Shown here one piece after another: positions 1-11,180 of a stretch of DNA of 64,000 nt. The stretch lies in contig CAWDXG010000004.1 of the NCBI GenBank assembly GCA_963806225.1, positions 5,184,001-5,248,000 of the forward strand, read 5' to 3'. How positions within the stretch are numbered: position 1 is the first letter of the stretch; every line of letters begins with the position of its first letter. The position numbers were made by a program, and so were the translations under genes. The notes beneath the pieces are model-generated. The model saw only the letters and a list, made by a program, of their open reading frames with translations. It did not search any database and had not been told where the DNA came from. This stretch comes from an uncultured delta proteobacterium. Lineage in GTDB: Bacteria > Myxococcota_A > Polyangia > Polyangiales > Polyangiaceae.

Positions 1-401
1 TTCAGGCCGAGGTCGGTCAGCTTCTGCAGCTTTCCGCGGAGTAGCTCGAAGCGCTGCTTGATGCGCTCCAGCACCGCCGCGCGCGCCTTGTACTCGTCCA
101 GCGCCTGCTTGAGCTGCTTCAGGTTCTGCGCCAGTTGTTCCTTCTCGGTGCCGGTGGCCTGCAGCTGCTGGGTCAGCGTCTCGATGTTCACGCCCATCTT
201 CTTCAGCTGGTCGCTGAGCTGGGCGACCTTCTGCTTCATCTGATCCAGCTCGGCCTGGGCCTTGGCGCGTTCGGACTTTTCCTGCTGGTACTTCGAGTCC
301 AGCTGCTTGTACTTGGCAAGCTGCGCCTGCCACTCGTCTTCCGAGTAGCCGCAGCCCACAACGCCTACCGCGATCAGGAGCACGAGAATGCGCTTCAACA
401 C
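1..401 (-). CDS. Coiled-coil lipoprotein, probably the N-terminal part of a myxobacterial OmpA/MotB-family protein (runs off the window edge)
   Basis: Manual translation from GTG at 401: MLKRILVLLIAVGVVGC (lipobox) GYSEDEWQAQLAKYK..., then a long heptad-rich helix. AGGAGG RBS at 416-411. No stop in window, so it is absent from the ORF track. Confidence 0.65.
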   Translation of the reverse strand, partial: MLKRILVLLIAVGVVGCGYSEDEWQAQLAKYKQLDSKYQQEKSERAKAQAELDQMKQKVAQLSDQLKKMGVNIETLTQQLQATGTEKEQLAQNLKQLKQALDEYKARAAVLERIKQRFELLRGKLQKLTDLGL

Positions 402-640
402 GGGGATTGACCTCCTATTGGGGTTCGGATCCGGGCCACCGCGCCGGACAGACGGGCCCTTCCAGGGTCGGTGGCGAAGCTCCGCGATAGCGCACGGCGA
501 GTCAACCCCCCCCCGAGGCTCCACGCGCATCACCGGTCGGTCGGCGTCGGCCACAGGGCCGGTCTGGTGCCGGCGCTCCGGATCGAAAAGAGGGAGTAGG
601 ATGGCGGGTGAAGAGACGCTGCTACGTCTGTTCTACTGGC

Positions 641-658
641 CTGTCACCTGGCCGTCAC
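641..658 (+). promoter_or_regulatory. PHO box upstream of phoB
   Basis: CTGTCAC (641) and CCGTCAC (652): direct repeats 11 bp apart, matching the PhoB half-site CTGTCAT. Confidence 0.7.
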
Positions 659-682
659 ACGGTGGCGGTAACCCGGCGGCTG

Positions 683-1387
683 ATGGCGAAGATCCTGGTC
701 ATCGAAGACGAACCGGACCTGCAGCAGGTTCTCGAATACAACCTGCGGCAATCGGGGCACGACGTTCTCGTGGCCGGGCGCGGCGAGGAGGGGCTCGCGT
801 TGGCGCGTGACCAGCGCCCCGACCTGGTTCTGCTCGATCTGATGCTTCCGGACATTTCCGGGACCGAGGTCTGCAAGTCGCTCCGCGACAGCGCGAAGAC
901 CCGCAAGCTGCCGGTCATCATGCTGACCGCCCGCGGCGAGGAGATCGACCGCGTCGTGGGTTTCGAGCTCGGCGCGGACGACTACGTGGTCAAGCCGTTC
1001 AGCGTGCGGGAGCTGCTGCTGCGCATCCAGGCCATCCTGCGTCGTGGCAGGGGCGGACGAGAGCGAGGGTGAACCGACCATCCAGTTCGGCTGCCTGAAG
1101 ATCGATCGCGAGGCACACCGGGTCTGGGTGGAGGGCAAGGAAGTCGAGCTGACCGCGCTCGAGTTCAGGCTCTTGCTCACCCTGTACGATCGAAGGAACC
1201 GCGTGCAGACGCGCGCTGCGCATTGCTCGATGACGTCTGGGGAATCCAGGCGGACATCACCACTCGCACGGTCGACACGCACGTCAAACGCCTGCGCGAA
1301 AAACTCGACGCGGCACGCGACTACGTGGAAACCGTGCGCGGCGTGGGCTATCGCTTCGTGGCTACGGCAGACGAGGCCAGAACTTGA
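683..1387 (+). CDS. phoB: OmpR-family response regulator PhoB (two apparent frameshifts, near 1050 and 1218)
   Basis: Receiver domain ILVIEDE...LLDLMLP...MLTARGEE...GADDYVVKPF. Winged helix continues in other frames (ELTALEFRLL; RTVDTHVKRLREKL...ETVRGVGYRF). Upstream of phoR and the pst genes. Confidence 0.9.
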
Positions 1388-3184
1388 CGCTTGGGATCCG
1401 CGCCAAGCTGTTTCTGGTATCGCTCGGGCTGATAGTCGTCGCTGTTGTTGTTGTGTACGCGTACATGCGCACGAAGCTGTCGCGCGCGTACACGCAAGGC
1501 GTTCGCGAGGAGCTGTTCGCACGGGCCGGGCTCGTTGCCGCGGAAGCCGGCGACTCCCGGGCGCCCATGGACGACGTCGCCGCGTGGGACGCCCTGGCCG
1601 ACAGGCTCGGCGCACGCGCCCATGCGCATGTCACCCTGCTCCGCAGCGACGGCGTTGTGCTTGGAGACTCGCATGTACCCCTCGACGGCATCCGCCAGCT
1701 CGACAGCGAGCTAGAGCTGCCCGAGGTCTCGACGGCGTTGGCCGGCGGCCGGGGCTACGTCGAACGCGAGGGCTCCGACGGCGAGCCGGGCACCCTGTTC
1801 GTCGCGGTGTCGTTCCGCCGCGCGGGCAGGATCGCGGGCGTCGCGCGCGTGGCGACGCCGCTCACGCTGCTGTCCCGTGTCGACGACCAGCTGGAGCGGA
1901 TGCTCACTATCGCGACGGTGCTGGCGCTCCTGTGCGCGGTCGCGATGTCCAGCGTGGCCGCGCATCTGGCGTCGCGCACGGCGCGCTCGCTGACCGCCGC
2001 GGCGCGACGCATGGCCGAGGGGGATCTCGAGACGCGCACGCGCCTCGATGGAAACGACGAGTTCGGCGAGCTGGGTCGCGCGCTGGACCAGTTGGCCCAG
2101 AATCTCTCCACGACGCTCTACGAGCTGCGCAGCCAGCGGGATCGCCTGAGCGGCATCCTCTCCGGGATGCACGAGGGCGTGCTGCTGCTCGACCCGGAAG
2201 GCCGCGTCGTGCTCGTCAATCCAGCGCTGCGCGAGATGCTGCTCTTGCCGGCCGACGCCGAGGGCAAGACTCCGCTGGAGCTGATCCGCCACGCCGAGCT
2301 CAAGGAGCTGCTGGACGCCGCGGGCCACTCTGCGGAACACGTCTCGGGCGAGATCGAGCTGGGTGGGCTCAAGCCGTGCCGGGCGCTGGTGCGGGCTGCG
2401 CAGCTCGGTGGCGAACCGGGCGGCGTGTTCGCCGTCTTCGTCGACGTGACGGAAATGCGGCGCCTGGAGTCGATGCGTCGCGATTTCGTCGCCAACGTGT
2501 CGCATGAGCTCCGCACGCCGGTGACCGCGATCCGTTCGGCGGCCGAGACGCTTCACGACGCCGCGGAGCGCGATCCGGAGGCGGCTCTGGGTTTCGTCGA
2601 CATCATCGACCGCAATGCCGCGCGCCTGCACGAGCCTCGTCGAGGACCTGCTGGACCTCTCGCGCATCGAATCGCGCGAGTTCAGGCTGGCAGTCGAGGA
2701 CCTCGATCTGGAGCCGGTCTTCTCGCACGTCCTCGGCCTGTTCCGCGAGCGCGCCGACAAGAAGCAGATCCGGCTCGAACAGCACGTGCCCGGGGACCTG
2801 CCCCTGGCGCGTGCGGACCGCCGCGCGCTGGAGAACATCCTCACGAATCTCGTCGACAACGCGGTCAAGTACTGTGGCAGCGGAGCCGAGGTGCGACTGT
2901 CGGCAAGCGACGATGCGGACGCTGGCGTCGTGCGCGTGGTCGCGGAGGACACCGGGCCGGGAATCGAGGCGCGCCACCTGTCACGGTTGTTCGAGCGCTT
3001 CTACCGCGTCGATGCCGGCCGCTCGCGCCAGCTGGGCGGAACGGGGCTCGGATTATCCATCGTCAAGCATCTGGTCGAGGCCATGGGGGGCAGCGTGGGC
3101 GTCGACAGCGAGCCGGGTCGGGGCACGCGATTCCGCTTCTCCCTGCCGCGCGCCGAGCAGGCCAAAGCGCCCGTCCCAAAATAG
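1384..3184 (+). CDS. phoR: Sensor histidine kinase PhoR (TM-HAMP-PAS-HisKA-HATPase; frameshift near 2632)
   Basis: DFVANVSHELRTP H-box. NLVDNAVKY, DTGPGI and FYRVD...GGTGLGLSIVKH lie in ORF 2615..3184. Confidence 0.9.
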
Positions 3185-3197
3185 GCGCGAGGCGACG

Positions 3198-3497
3198 CTA
3201 CTCTTCGGGGTCGGGTTCGACGTCGTGCCGCAGCGGGTCGATGTCCGGCAGGGTCGGCATCGACTCACGGGTCGCATCCCGGTCCCGTGCGTAGCCGAGG
3301 TCGTGCCGCAGCGGGTCCTCGTCGTGAAGCGTGGGCATCATCTCGCGCGGCCGCCGCGGCGGAGGCGGCGCTTCGACCTCCCACGAGAAGTCGATGTCCG
3401 CGGTGTCGGGGATCACCGAACGCAGAGCATCCGGTCCTGGAACGGTCGGGCGGTTGCTCGCCGCGCGCGGCGGCTCGGACGGTTTCCTCTCGGTCAT
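3198..3497 (-). CDS. Small acidic Pro-rich hypothetical protein with an internal repeat
   Basis: ATG at 3497, just after the stop of the VWA gene. MPTLxDxDPLRHD occurs twice. Confidence 0.55.
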   Translation of the reverse strand: MTERKPSEPPRAASNRPTVPGPDALRSVIPDTADIDFSWEVEAPPPPRRPREMMPTLHDEDPLRHDLGYARDRDATRESMPTLPDIDPLRHDVEPDPEE

Positions 3498-3504
3498 CTC
3501 TCGC

Positions 3505-4912
3505 CTAGCGAGAGATCTTGCTGCGCCGGCGGCGGAACGCAAACCCGGCGCCGAATGCCAGCATCAGCAGTGCTCCACTCTCGTGGTTTCCGGTCGCACC
3601 GCCCACTCCGACACGGCAAGCGCAGCCGCCCTTGTCCCCGCTGTCCTGGGGCCGCCCGTTGCCGCTGCCCGCGGCGGCCGCGTCGTCGCCGTTGCCGGCG
3701 TCCTGCGTGGCCCCCGCCGAGCCGCCCGCGGCTGCCATGCCACCGCTGCCGCCGGTTGCGCCCGTGCCGCCGGTTGCGCCCGTGCCGCCGGTTGCGCCCG
3801 TGCCGCCGGTTGCGCCCGTGCCGCCGGTTGCGCCCGTGCCGCCTGCTCCGCCGGTCCCAGCGGTTCCGCCGGCTCCGGCCGTTCCCGCGTCGGCGCACAC
3901 CGCGTCGCACGGAGTGAGCTGGCCGTTGACGCACTTCTGCTGGCCGGTGCCGCAGGAGTTGGTGCAGCTGACGGTGTTCGGTGCGTCGCATGAAGACCAG
4001 CCGGCACCTGTGCAGGTGCGTGTGCCCTCGATGCCGCAGGGGCCGGTGCAGCTGTCGGTCACCACCGCCTGCACGATGTTCGAGAGCGCCGTGGTCAGCT
4101 CCGACGGCGAGGTCGCCTGCAGATAGCAGCTCGGCGATTGGCTGTTCGGATCGCAGTTCGCGAGCGCGGTCCCGCCGGCCTGTGCGGCCCTGTTGAGCGT
4201 CAGGGCGTCCGTCTTCGAGCCGAATCCGACCACGTACGTGGGAACGGCCGTCTTCTGCAGCGCCTGCACGCCGAGCACGGGCCAGCTCCGGACGCAGTAG
4301 CACCCGTCAGCGTTCTGGCCGGAGCAGTTCGGATCCGATGCTTCCCACCTGGCACGAGTTGCACGTGGGACAGCTCGACACCCCCATCAGCGAGCAGTCC
4401 GCGCTCGACGCGCACACCGGCGGGCCGCTCGAGCCCGGGATGTCGCAGAACTGCCAGCCGTCGGTCATGAAGACCACGTAGTTCTTGTGGGCCGAGTCGA
4501 TGATACCGGCGTACTGCGACGCGGCGACCAGGCTCTGGCCAGCCGGTGTCTGGTTGTTCGCCGGGATGTTCAGGCCGAAGAGCGTGGATTCGATCTGCGA
4601 GCCGGTGCCGGCCGAGACGTCGACACGTACGGTCCCGGTCGAGCAGGTTCCCGTTGGACCGGGGAACGTCATCAGGCCGTACTCGGCTGCGCCGCCGTAG
4701 TTCTGGAAGACCGAGTGGACCGCGTCCTGTACGGCCTGCCACTTGGTCTCCTGGGTTCCGTTGTTGTCGATCTTTTGCAGCATGGACGAAGAAGCGTCCA
4801 TCACGAACAGGATCCGCGGTGGGTCGCACGTCTGCGCGCGCGCAGAGGGAGCGAGGAGCGTGATCGGGATGGCGCAGGCTGCCAGGGCCAGGGCAAGGCG
4901 GGATCGACTCAT
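3505..4912 (-). CDS. VWA-domain Cys-rich surface protein with MYXO-CTERM-like sorting tail (frameshift near 4300)
   Basis: Signal peptide; MIDAS motif DASSSM; FMTDG; Gly/Thr linker; C-terminus GGCACRVG...LLMLAFGAGFAFRRRR. Joins ORFs 4307..5038 and 3505..4278. Confidence 0.8.
3748..3837. repeat. 18-bp coding tandem repeat x5 (TGATGG linker)
   Basis: GCCGCCGGTTGCGCCCGT, five exact copies. Confidence 0.9.
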
Positions 4913-5033
4913 AGCTGTGCAGGATATCAGGGGGCGCGCGGGTATTACACCCGTACCGGGAATAGTCGGCTGGCCGGCAGGTCGGTTGACGTCGCACAAG
5001 CGTCGTCGGCCCCACGACCTAATTTTCTCCCAA

Positions 5034-5060
5034 GTCACTGCTGCGTCACCCGTGCGTCAC
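5034..5060 (+). promoter_or_regulatory. PHO box (three half-sites) upstream of the porin gene
   Basis: GTCAC at 5034, 5045 and 5056, exact 11-bp period. Confidence 0.75.
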
Positions 5061-5110
5061 ACGACGCAGGCTTTCTCTCGGGCGTCTCGAAACGAAAGAG
5101 ATCCACGCCC

Positions 5111-6445
5111 ATGAGAACCGCCTTCCGACTCGTCCCGCTCGCACTCCTCACGGCCGGCACTGCCCTGGCCCAGACCCCGCCTGCTCCGGGTCCGGCTCCG
5201 GCTCCCGGCGCTGCCCAGCCGGCACCGCCCGCGGCCGGCGCCGAACCGGCTCCCGCTGCGGGCGATACCCAGCCGGCCTCTCCGGCGCCCGCCCAGCCTG
5301 CGCCGGCCCCGGCTCCGGCGCCTGCCGAGCCCGCGCCCGCGCCTGCTCCGGCTCCCGCGGCCGCGCCCGCCGCCAAGGCGACCACCGCTCCGGTCGCCGA
5401 CGCGTCACCCGCCGAGCCCCCCGCACCTGAAGCGGAGGGAGCGCCCGCGCTGCCCACGAAGCTCAGCGTCGGCAAAGGGGGCGGGTACTTCCAGCCCAGC
5501 GCCAACCTCCAGTTCTGGGGGATCTACGACCGCGACGTGAACGGCATGGACTCCACCACGCTGCGCATCCGCCGCTCGGAGTTGAAGATCAAGGGCGAGA
5601 TCATCCCCGACTGGGTGGCCTACGGGGTGATGATCGATCCCGCCAAGCTGTTGACCCAGAAGCAGACGACGGTCGGCGTCGACAACGGCACGCCCGGCGC
5701 AAGCGTCACGGTGCCCACGCGCAGCGGCGACCAGTCGATCCTGCAGGACTTCTACATCAAGCTGCTCACGAAGTACGCGGACATCTCCGGCGGCCAGTTC
5801 AAGATCCCGGTGAGCTGGGAAGGCTCGAACTCGGCTACCGAGCTGATCCTCCCCGAGCGCGCTCTCGTGTCCCGCAGGTTCGGCGACAAGCGCGACCTGG
5901 GCATCAAGGTCGACAAGAAGCTGGGCAACTACTTCTACTACTCGCTCGGCTTGTTCAACGGCCAGGGTCTGAACCACCTGGACAAGAACAACCAGAAGGA
6001 CGCCGCGCTGCGCCTCGAGGTCTACCCCATGGACGGCATCATGGTGGGTGGCGTCGCCTACACCTCGATCGGTCAGCGCAATCTTGCCGGTACGAAGGAT
6101 CGGCTCGAAGGCGATGTGCGCCTGTCGCTCCACAACGTGCTGCTGCAGGCCGAGTACATCTGGGGTCGCGACAAGCTAAAGGACAACTTCCACTTCCAGC
6201 GCTCGCACGGCATGTACGGCGCAGTCGGCTACACGCTGTTCGACAAGCTGCAGCCGGTCTTCCGCGTCGGTTTCCTCGACCCGAACCTGTCGGCGTCGAA
6301 CGATCGCACCACCGCCTACGAAGGCGGCGTGAACTACTACTTCCAGGGCAAGCAGATGAAGCTGCAGGCCAGCTTCAGCGTGTTCCACCCGCAACAGGGC
6401 GCGAACTCCCGCGAGGGCATCCTCGCTGCGCAGGTCACGTTCTAG
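5111..6445 (+). CDS. Phosphate-selective porin, OprO/OprP-like, with Pro/Ala-rich N-terminal linker
   Basis: Signal peptide; LRIRRSELKIKG, LQDFYI, GQFKIPVSWEG and LPERALV motifs; C-terminal Phe; directly upstream of pstS. Confidence 0.8.
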   Translation: MRTAFRLVPLALLTAGTALAQTPPAPGPAPAPGAAQPAPPAAGAEPAPAAGDTQPASPAPAQPAPAPAPAPAEPAPAPAPAPAAAPAAKATTAPVADASPAEPPAPEAEGAPALPTKLSVGKGGGYFQPSANLQFWGIYDRDVNGMDSTTLRIRRSELKIKGEIIPDWVAYGVMIDPAKLLTQKQTTVGVDNGTPGASVTVPTRSGDQSILQDFYIKLLTKYADISGGQFKIPVSWEGSNSATELILPERALVSRRFGDKRDLGIKVDKKLGNYFYYSLGLFNGQGLNHLDKNNQKDAALRLEVYPMDGIMVGGVAYTSIGQRNLAGTKDRLEGDVRLSLHNVLLQAEYIWGRDKLKDNFHFQRSHGMYGAVGYTLFDKLQPVFRVGFLDPNLSASNDRTTAYEGGVNYYFQGKQMKLQASFSVFHPQQGANSREGILAAQVTF

Positions 6446-6481
6446 CCGACCGCGACGGACGGGGGCGCCGCCCCCCGTCTG

Positions 6482-6499
6482 CTGTCACCCAACTGTCAC
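6482..6499 (+). promoter_or_regulatory. PHO box upstream of pstS
   Basis: CTGTCAC at 6482 and 6493, 11-bp spacing. Confidence 0.85.
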
Positions 6500-6557
6500 A
6501 TAGGTGTTGCTCGATAGCCGCTCCCTCCCGGGCGGCGCTTGATAGGAGAGGTCCACA

Positions 6558-7634
6558 ATGACCGCCAGACGTACGCTGCTGATTCTCGTCGCGCTCGCTT
6601 CCTTCGCGCTCGTCGGCTGCAAGCACTCCAGCGACAAGTCGCAAGGCTCGAGCGGTGGGTCGAAGAACATCACCCTGAACGGGGCCGGCGCCACGTTCCC
6701 GTTCCCGCTCTATTCGAAGTGGATGAGCGAGTACAACAAGCTCCACCCGAACATCCGCATCAACTACCAGTCGATCGGTTCGGGCGGCGGCATCCGCCAG
6801 ATCACGGCCGGTACCGTCGACTTCGGCGCGTCCGACGCGCCGATGAAGCCGGCAGAAGAGAAGAAGGCGCCGGGCAAGCTGTTCCACATCCCGACGACCA
6901 TCGGCGCCGTGGTGATCACCTACAACATCCCTGGTGTGACGGGCACGCTCAAGCTCACCGGGGACGTGATCGGCAACATCTACCTCGGCAAGATCAAGAA
7001 GTGGAACGACAAGGCGCTGACCGATCTGAACCCTGACGCCAAGCTGCCCGACAAGGACATCTCGGTCGTGCACCGCACCGACGGTAGCGGCACCACGAAC
7101 GTCTTCACCGACTACCTCGCGAAGGTCAGCCCGGAATGGAAGGACAAGGTCGGCGTCGGCAAGAGCGTCAACTGGCCCGCAGGTCTCGGTGGCAAGGGCA
7201 ACGAGGGCGTCACCGGTCAGGTGAAGACCAACCCCGGTTCGATCGGCTACGTCGAACTCGCCTACGCGATCCAGAACAAGCTGCCGGTGGCACTGCTCAA
7301 GGACAAGGCCGGCGACTTCGTGAAGCCCGAGATCGCCGCGATCACCGAGGCCGCCGCGGGCGTCAAGCTGCCGGAGAGCCTGCACATCTCGATCACCGAC
7401 CCCGAAGGCAAAGGTGCGTATCCGATCTCGTCCTTCACCTACCTGCTGGTGTACGAGAACGCCAAGGACCCGGTGAAGGGCAAGGCCATCGCCGACTTCG
7501 CCTGGTGGGCCATCCACGACGGCCAGAAGTTCTCCAAGGCTCTCGACTACGCGCCGCTGCCGGATTCGGTGGTGAAGCAGATCGAGGCGCGCCTGAAGAT
7601 GCTCAAGGCGAACGGCAAGCCCCTGCTCAAGTAG
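6558..7634 (+). CDS. pstS: Phosphate ABC transporter substrate-binding lipoprotein
   Basis: GAGATFP, YQSIGSGGG, DFGASD and HRTDGSGTT motifs; lipobox LVGC. Confidence 0.97.
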   Translation: MTARRTLLILVALASFALVGCKHSSDKSQGSSGGSKNITLNGAGATFPFPLYSKWMSEYNKLHPNIRINYQSIGSGGGIRQITAGTVDFGASDAPMKPAEEKKAPGKLFHIPTTIGAVVITYNIPGVTGTLKLTGDVIGNIYLGKIKKWNDKALTDLNPDAKLPDKDISVVHRTDGSGTTNVFTDYLAKVSPEWKDKVGVGKSVNWPAGLGGKGNEGVTGQVKTNPGSIGYVELAYAIQNKLPVALLKDKAGDFVKPEIAAITEAAAGVKLPESLHISITDPEGKGAYPISSFTYLLVYENAKDPVKGKAIADFAWWAIHDGQKFSKALDYAPLPDSVVKQIEARLKMLKANGKPLLK

Positions 7635-7656
7635 TCGGTTTTTTCCGCAAAATCAA

Positions 7657-7692
7657 CGAACCCCGGGCGCGCCATCGCGTGTCCGGGGTTCG
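7657..7692 (+). other. Intergenic stem-loop between pstS and pstC
   Basis: CGAACCCCGG...CCGGGGTTCG 10-bp perfect arms, extendable with G-U pairs; no U tract. Confidence 0.6.
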
Positions 7693-7703
7693 GCGTAGAT
7701 GCC

Positions 7704-8688
7704 ATGGCGTCCAAATCCAACACCTCACTGGTCCGGCCCCGCCCCAAGTGGCTCGCGCGAGTCGGTCGTGAAGCCAACTGGGGTGACTCCGTCTTCCGCG
7801 TGTTGACCGGCCTGTTCGCCGTGGTCGTGGTGCTGACGCTGCTGGCCATGGCGCTGCAGATGACCGAGGCCTCGAGCGCCAGCCTCCACAAGTTCGGGTT
7901 CGGCTTCATTGTCTCCAGCGTGTGGGACCCGGTGCGCGAGGTCTTCGGCGCGCTGCCCTTCATCTACGGCACACTCGTCTCCTCGCTGCTGTCGTTGGTC
8001 ATCGCGGTGCCCGTCTCGATCGGCGTGGCCATCTTCCTGAGCGAGATGGCGCCGGCGTGGCTAAGGACGCCGATTGGCTTTCTGGTCGAGCTTCTGGCGG
8101 CGGTGCCCAGCGTCGTCTACGGCCTGTGGGGCATCTTCGCGCTGGCGCCGTGGATTCGCGACAGCGTGGAGCCCGCGCTCGGCAAGACGTTGGGCTTCCT
8201 GCCTCTGTTCAAGGGGCCGCACAGCGGCTTCAGCATGCTCACGGGCGGCATCATCCTCGCCATCATGATCACGCCGACCATCTCCTCGGTGAGCCGCGAG
8301 GTGCTGCGCGCGGTGCCGTCGTCGCTACGCGAGGGCGCGCTGGCGCTCGGTGCGACGCGCTGGGAGGCGGTGCGGATGGCCGTGCTGCCGTTTGCGCGCT
8401 CGGGGCTGATCGGCGCGATCATCCTGGGGCTCGGCCGCGCGCTCGGCGAGACGATGGCGATCACGATGGTGATCGGAAACCGCGCCGAGATCGCCGCGTC
8501 GCTGTTCGCAGCCCGCCTACACGATGGCCAGCGTCATCGCCAACGAGTTCACCGAGGCAACCGGCGACGTGTACCTCGCCGCGCTGGCCGAGATCGGGCT
8601 GCTCCTGTTCGTCGTCACCGTGCTGCTGAACATCGTGGCCCGGCTTCTGGTGTGGCGCGTGGGCAGGCCGCCGGAAGGAGCACGCTGA
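7704..8688 (+). CDS. pstC: Phosphate ABC transporter permease PstC (frameshift near 8512)
   Basis: FGALPFIYGTL, ELLAAVPSVVYGLWG, GRALGETMA. C-terminus TMASVIANEFTEA lies in another frame and ends at TGA 8688. Confidence 0.93.
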
Positions 8689-9534
8689 TGGTCGATCGGT
8701 ACCGCTGGCGGAAGACGGTGGACTACGTGGTGCGCGGCGCCTGCGTCGCGGCCACGTTGCTCGCCCTGGTGCCGCTCGTCAGCGTGCTCTACTACGTGAC
8801 CGAAAAGGGCATCGGCGGCGTCAACCTCGCGTTCTTCACCGAGCTGCCGAAGCCCGTCGGCGAAACGGGTGGCGGTATGGCCAACGCCATCTACGGGACG
8901 CTGAAGCTGGTCGGCCTGGCCTGCCTGTTCGGGATTCCGCCGGGCGTGCTCGCCGGTGTGTACCTGGCCGAGTTCGGCGGGAGCCGCTTCGCCAAGCTGG
9001 TGCGCTTCAGCGCCGACGTGATGTCCGGCGTCCCGAGCATCACGGTCGGTATCTTCATCTACACGATCATGGTCCTGACCATGAAGCGCTTCTCGGCGCT
9101 GGCCGGTGGCGTGGCGCTCGCCGTGCTGATGCTGCCGACTGTCACGCGGACGACGGAGGAGCTCCTGCGTCTCGTTCCGGAGTCGCTGCGCGAGGCCGCT
9201 CTGGGCCTGGGCGTGCCGAAGTGGCGCGCCACCCTACGCGTGGTTCTCCGAACGGCCGCGCCCGGTATCGCGACGGGTGTTATGCTGGCGATCGCCCGGG
9301 TCGCCGGCGAAACGGCGCCGCTGCTCTTCACTTCTTTCAACAACCGCTTCTGGGCCGACGGTATCGACCAGCCGACGGCCTCGCTTCCCGTCCAGATCTA
9401 CACCTACGCGGTCTCGCCCTACGAAGACTGGCATCGCCAGGCGTGGGCCGCGGCATTCGTGCTGGTGGCGATGGTCCTGGCGCTCAATATCCTGGCCAGG
9501 GTACTCGTCCGTCAACCGCGTGAGGACCCGATGA
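8688..9534 (+). CDS. pstA: Phosphate ABC transporter permease PstA (probable frameshift near 9510)
   Basis: GGMANAIYGT, GVPSITVGIF, ARVAGETAPLLFT; ATG overlaps the pstC stop. Confidence 0.92.
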
Positions 9535-9543
9535 GACCCCGAG

Positions 9544-10425
9544 ATGCCCATGTCGCTCTCCAATCTCCGCACCCGAGAAGCCAGTGCCGGTCCCGAGCCG
9601 GCCGCCTCCACGCTTTCCACCGAGCGCACATCCGAGGGGGTATCATCCGATGCCATGCTGGAGGGCGAGGTGGATGCCAAGATGCTGGCGGAGGGGCTGC
9701 ATGCCTACTTCGGTCCGACGGAGGTGCTCAAGGGCATCGACATCCCCATCGCCGAGACCAAGGTCACCGCCATCATCGGTCCGTCGGGCTGCGGCAAGTC
9801 GACCTTCATCCGCTGTCTGAACCGTATGCACGAGGTCGTCCCCGGCGCGCGGGCGACCGGGCGCGTGCTGCTCGACGGCCAGGACATCTACCAGGCCGAC
9901 GTGGATCCGGTCCGGGTGCGGCGCCGGGTGGGGATGGTGTTCCAGAAGCCGAATCCGTTCCCGACCATGTCCATCCGCGACAACGTCCTGGCCGGCCTCC
10001 GGCTGAACGGCCTGAGGACGCGGGATACCGACGCTCTGGTGGAGAAGGCGCTCACGCAGGTCGCGCTCTGGGACGAGGTCAAGGACCGCCTGCATCTGGC
10101 GGGGACGGGCCTTTCCGGCGGGCAGCAGCAGCGGCTGTGCATCGCCCGCAGCCTGGCCCTGGAGCCCGAGGTTCTGCTGATGGATGAGCCCTGTTCCGCC
10201 CTGGATCCCATCGCCACGGCCCGGGTGGAGGAGCTCATCCACGAGCTGAAAGACCGCTACACTATCGTGATCGTCACCCACAACATGCAGCAGGCCGCGC
10301 GTGTGGCAGACTTTACAGCGTTCTTCTACCTGGGCGAGCTCGTGGAGTACAATCAGACGGACGTGATCTTCACCCGGCCGGAGCAGCAGAAGACGGAGGA
10401 CTACATCACGGGGCGATTTGGCTGA
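9544..10425 (+). CDS. pstB: Phosphate ABC transporter ATPase
   Basis: [38 protein letters not shown]. Confidence 0.97.
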   Translation: MPMSLSNLRTREASAGPEPAASTLSTERTSEGVSSDAMLEGEVDAKMLAEGLHAYFGPTEVLKGIDIPIAETKVTAIIGPSGCGKSTFIRCLNRMHEVVPGARATGRVLLDGQDIYQADVDPVRVRRRVGMVFQKPNPFPTMSIRDNVLAGLRLNGLRTRDTDALVEKALTQVALWDEVKDRLHLAGTGLSGGQQQRLCIARSLALEPEVLLMDEPCSALDPIATARVEELIHELKDRYTIVIVTHNMQQAARVADFTAFFYLGELVEYNQTDVIFTRPEQQKTEDYITGRFG

Positions 10426-10438
10426 GGACGAGAGCAAG

Positions 10439-11146
10439 ATGGTGGATCGGCGCCACACAGATCGCGAATACGAGAGCGAGCTGACCTCACTCCGCGAGCA
10501 GATCCTGTTCATGGGCGCGCGCGTCGAGGAGATGATCGGCTGCGCCATGCGGTCGTACGCGGAACGCGACAGCGAGCTGGCGAAGCGCACCATCATCCTG
10601 GACCGCCAGATCGACAAGCTCGAGCTCGAAATCGACGAGCTGTGCCTGCGCGTGCTCGCTCGCCGTCAGCCGGTCGCCTCCGATCTGCGTTTCATTACCA
10701 CGGCGCTCAAGCTGGTGACGGACCTCGAGCGGATCGGCGACCTGGGCGTGAACATCTGCGAGCGGGTGCTGGAGCTCAACGAGCATCCGCCCATCAACGT
10801 CAACGTTTCGCTGACACGCATCGCCGAGGTCGCACACGGCATGCTGCGCGATGCGCTGGACGCCTACGTCGCCGGGGACGCAACCAAGGCCGAGCAGGTC
10901 GTCGAGCGCGACTCCATCGTCGACGCGCACTATGCGCAGCTCTTCCCCGAGCTGGTCGCACACATGATGTCCGACCCGCAGAGCGTGTACCGGGCCATCC
11001 GCCTGCAGTCGATCGGCAAGTACCTGGAACGGATTGCCGACCACGCCACGAATCTGGCGGAGATGGTCGTATTCATGGTGAAGGGCGAGGACGTGCGGCA
11101 CGCTTTCGTTCTGGGCACGGCGCACAAGTCCGAAGCCGTTCACTGA
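10439..11146 (+). CDS. phoU: Phosphate signalling protein PhoU
   Basis: QPVASDLR, DLERIGD, YLERIADHATN. Confidence 0.96.
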   Translation: MVDRRHTDREYESELTSLREQILFMGARVEEMIGCAMRSYAERDSELAKRTIILDRQIDKLELEIDELCLRVLARRQPVASDLRFITTALKLVTDLERIGDLGVNICERVLELNEHPPINVNVSLTRIAEVAHGMLRDALDAYVAGDATKAEQVVERDSIVDAHYAQLFPELVAHMMSDPQSVYRAIRLQSIGKYLERIADHATNLAEMVVFMVKGEDVRHAFVLGTAHKSEAVH

Positions 11147-11180
11147 GCCCGGACCGGCGCCGGGCGGGTGCTGCTGCAAT

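Noticed and set aside
6458..6479. Hairpin after the porin gene as an intrinsic terminator
   Set aside because: GC stem present but no U tract; function cannot be assigned.
7704..10187. 827-aa apparent PstC-PstA fusion
   Set aside because: Produced by frameshifts near 8512 and 9510; separate stop and start codons exist at 8686-8690.
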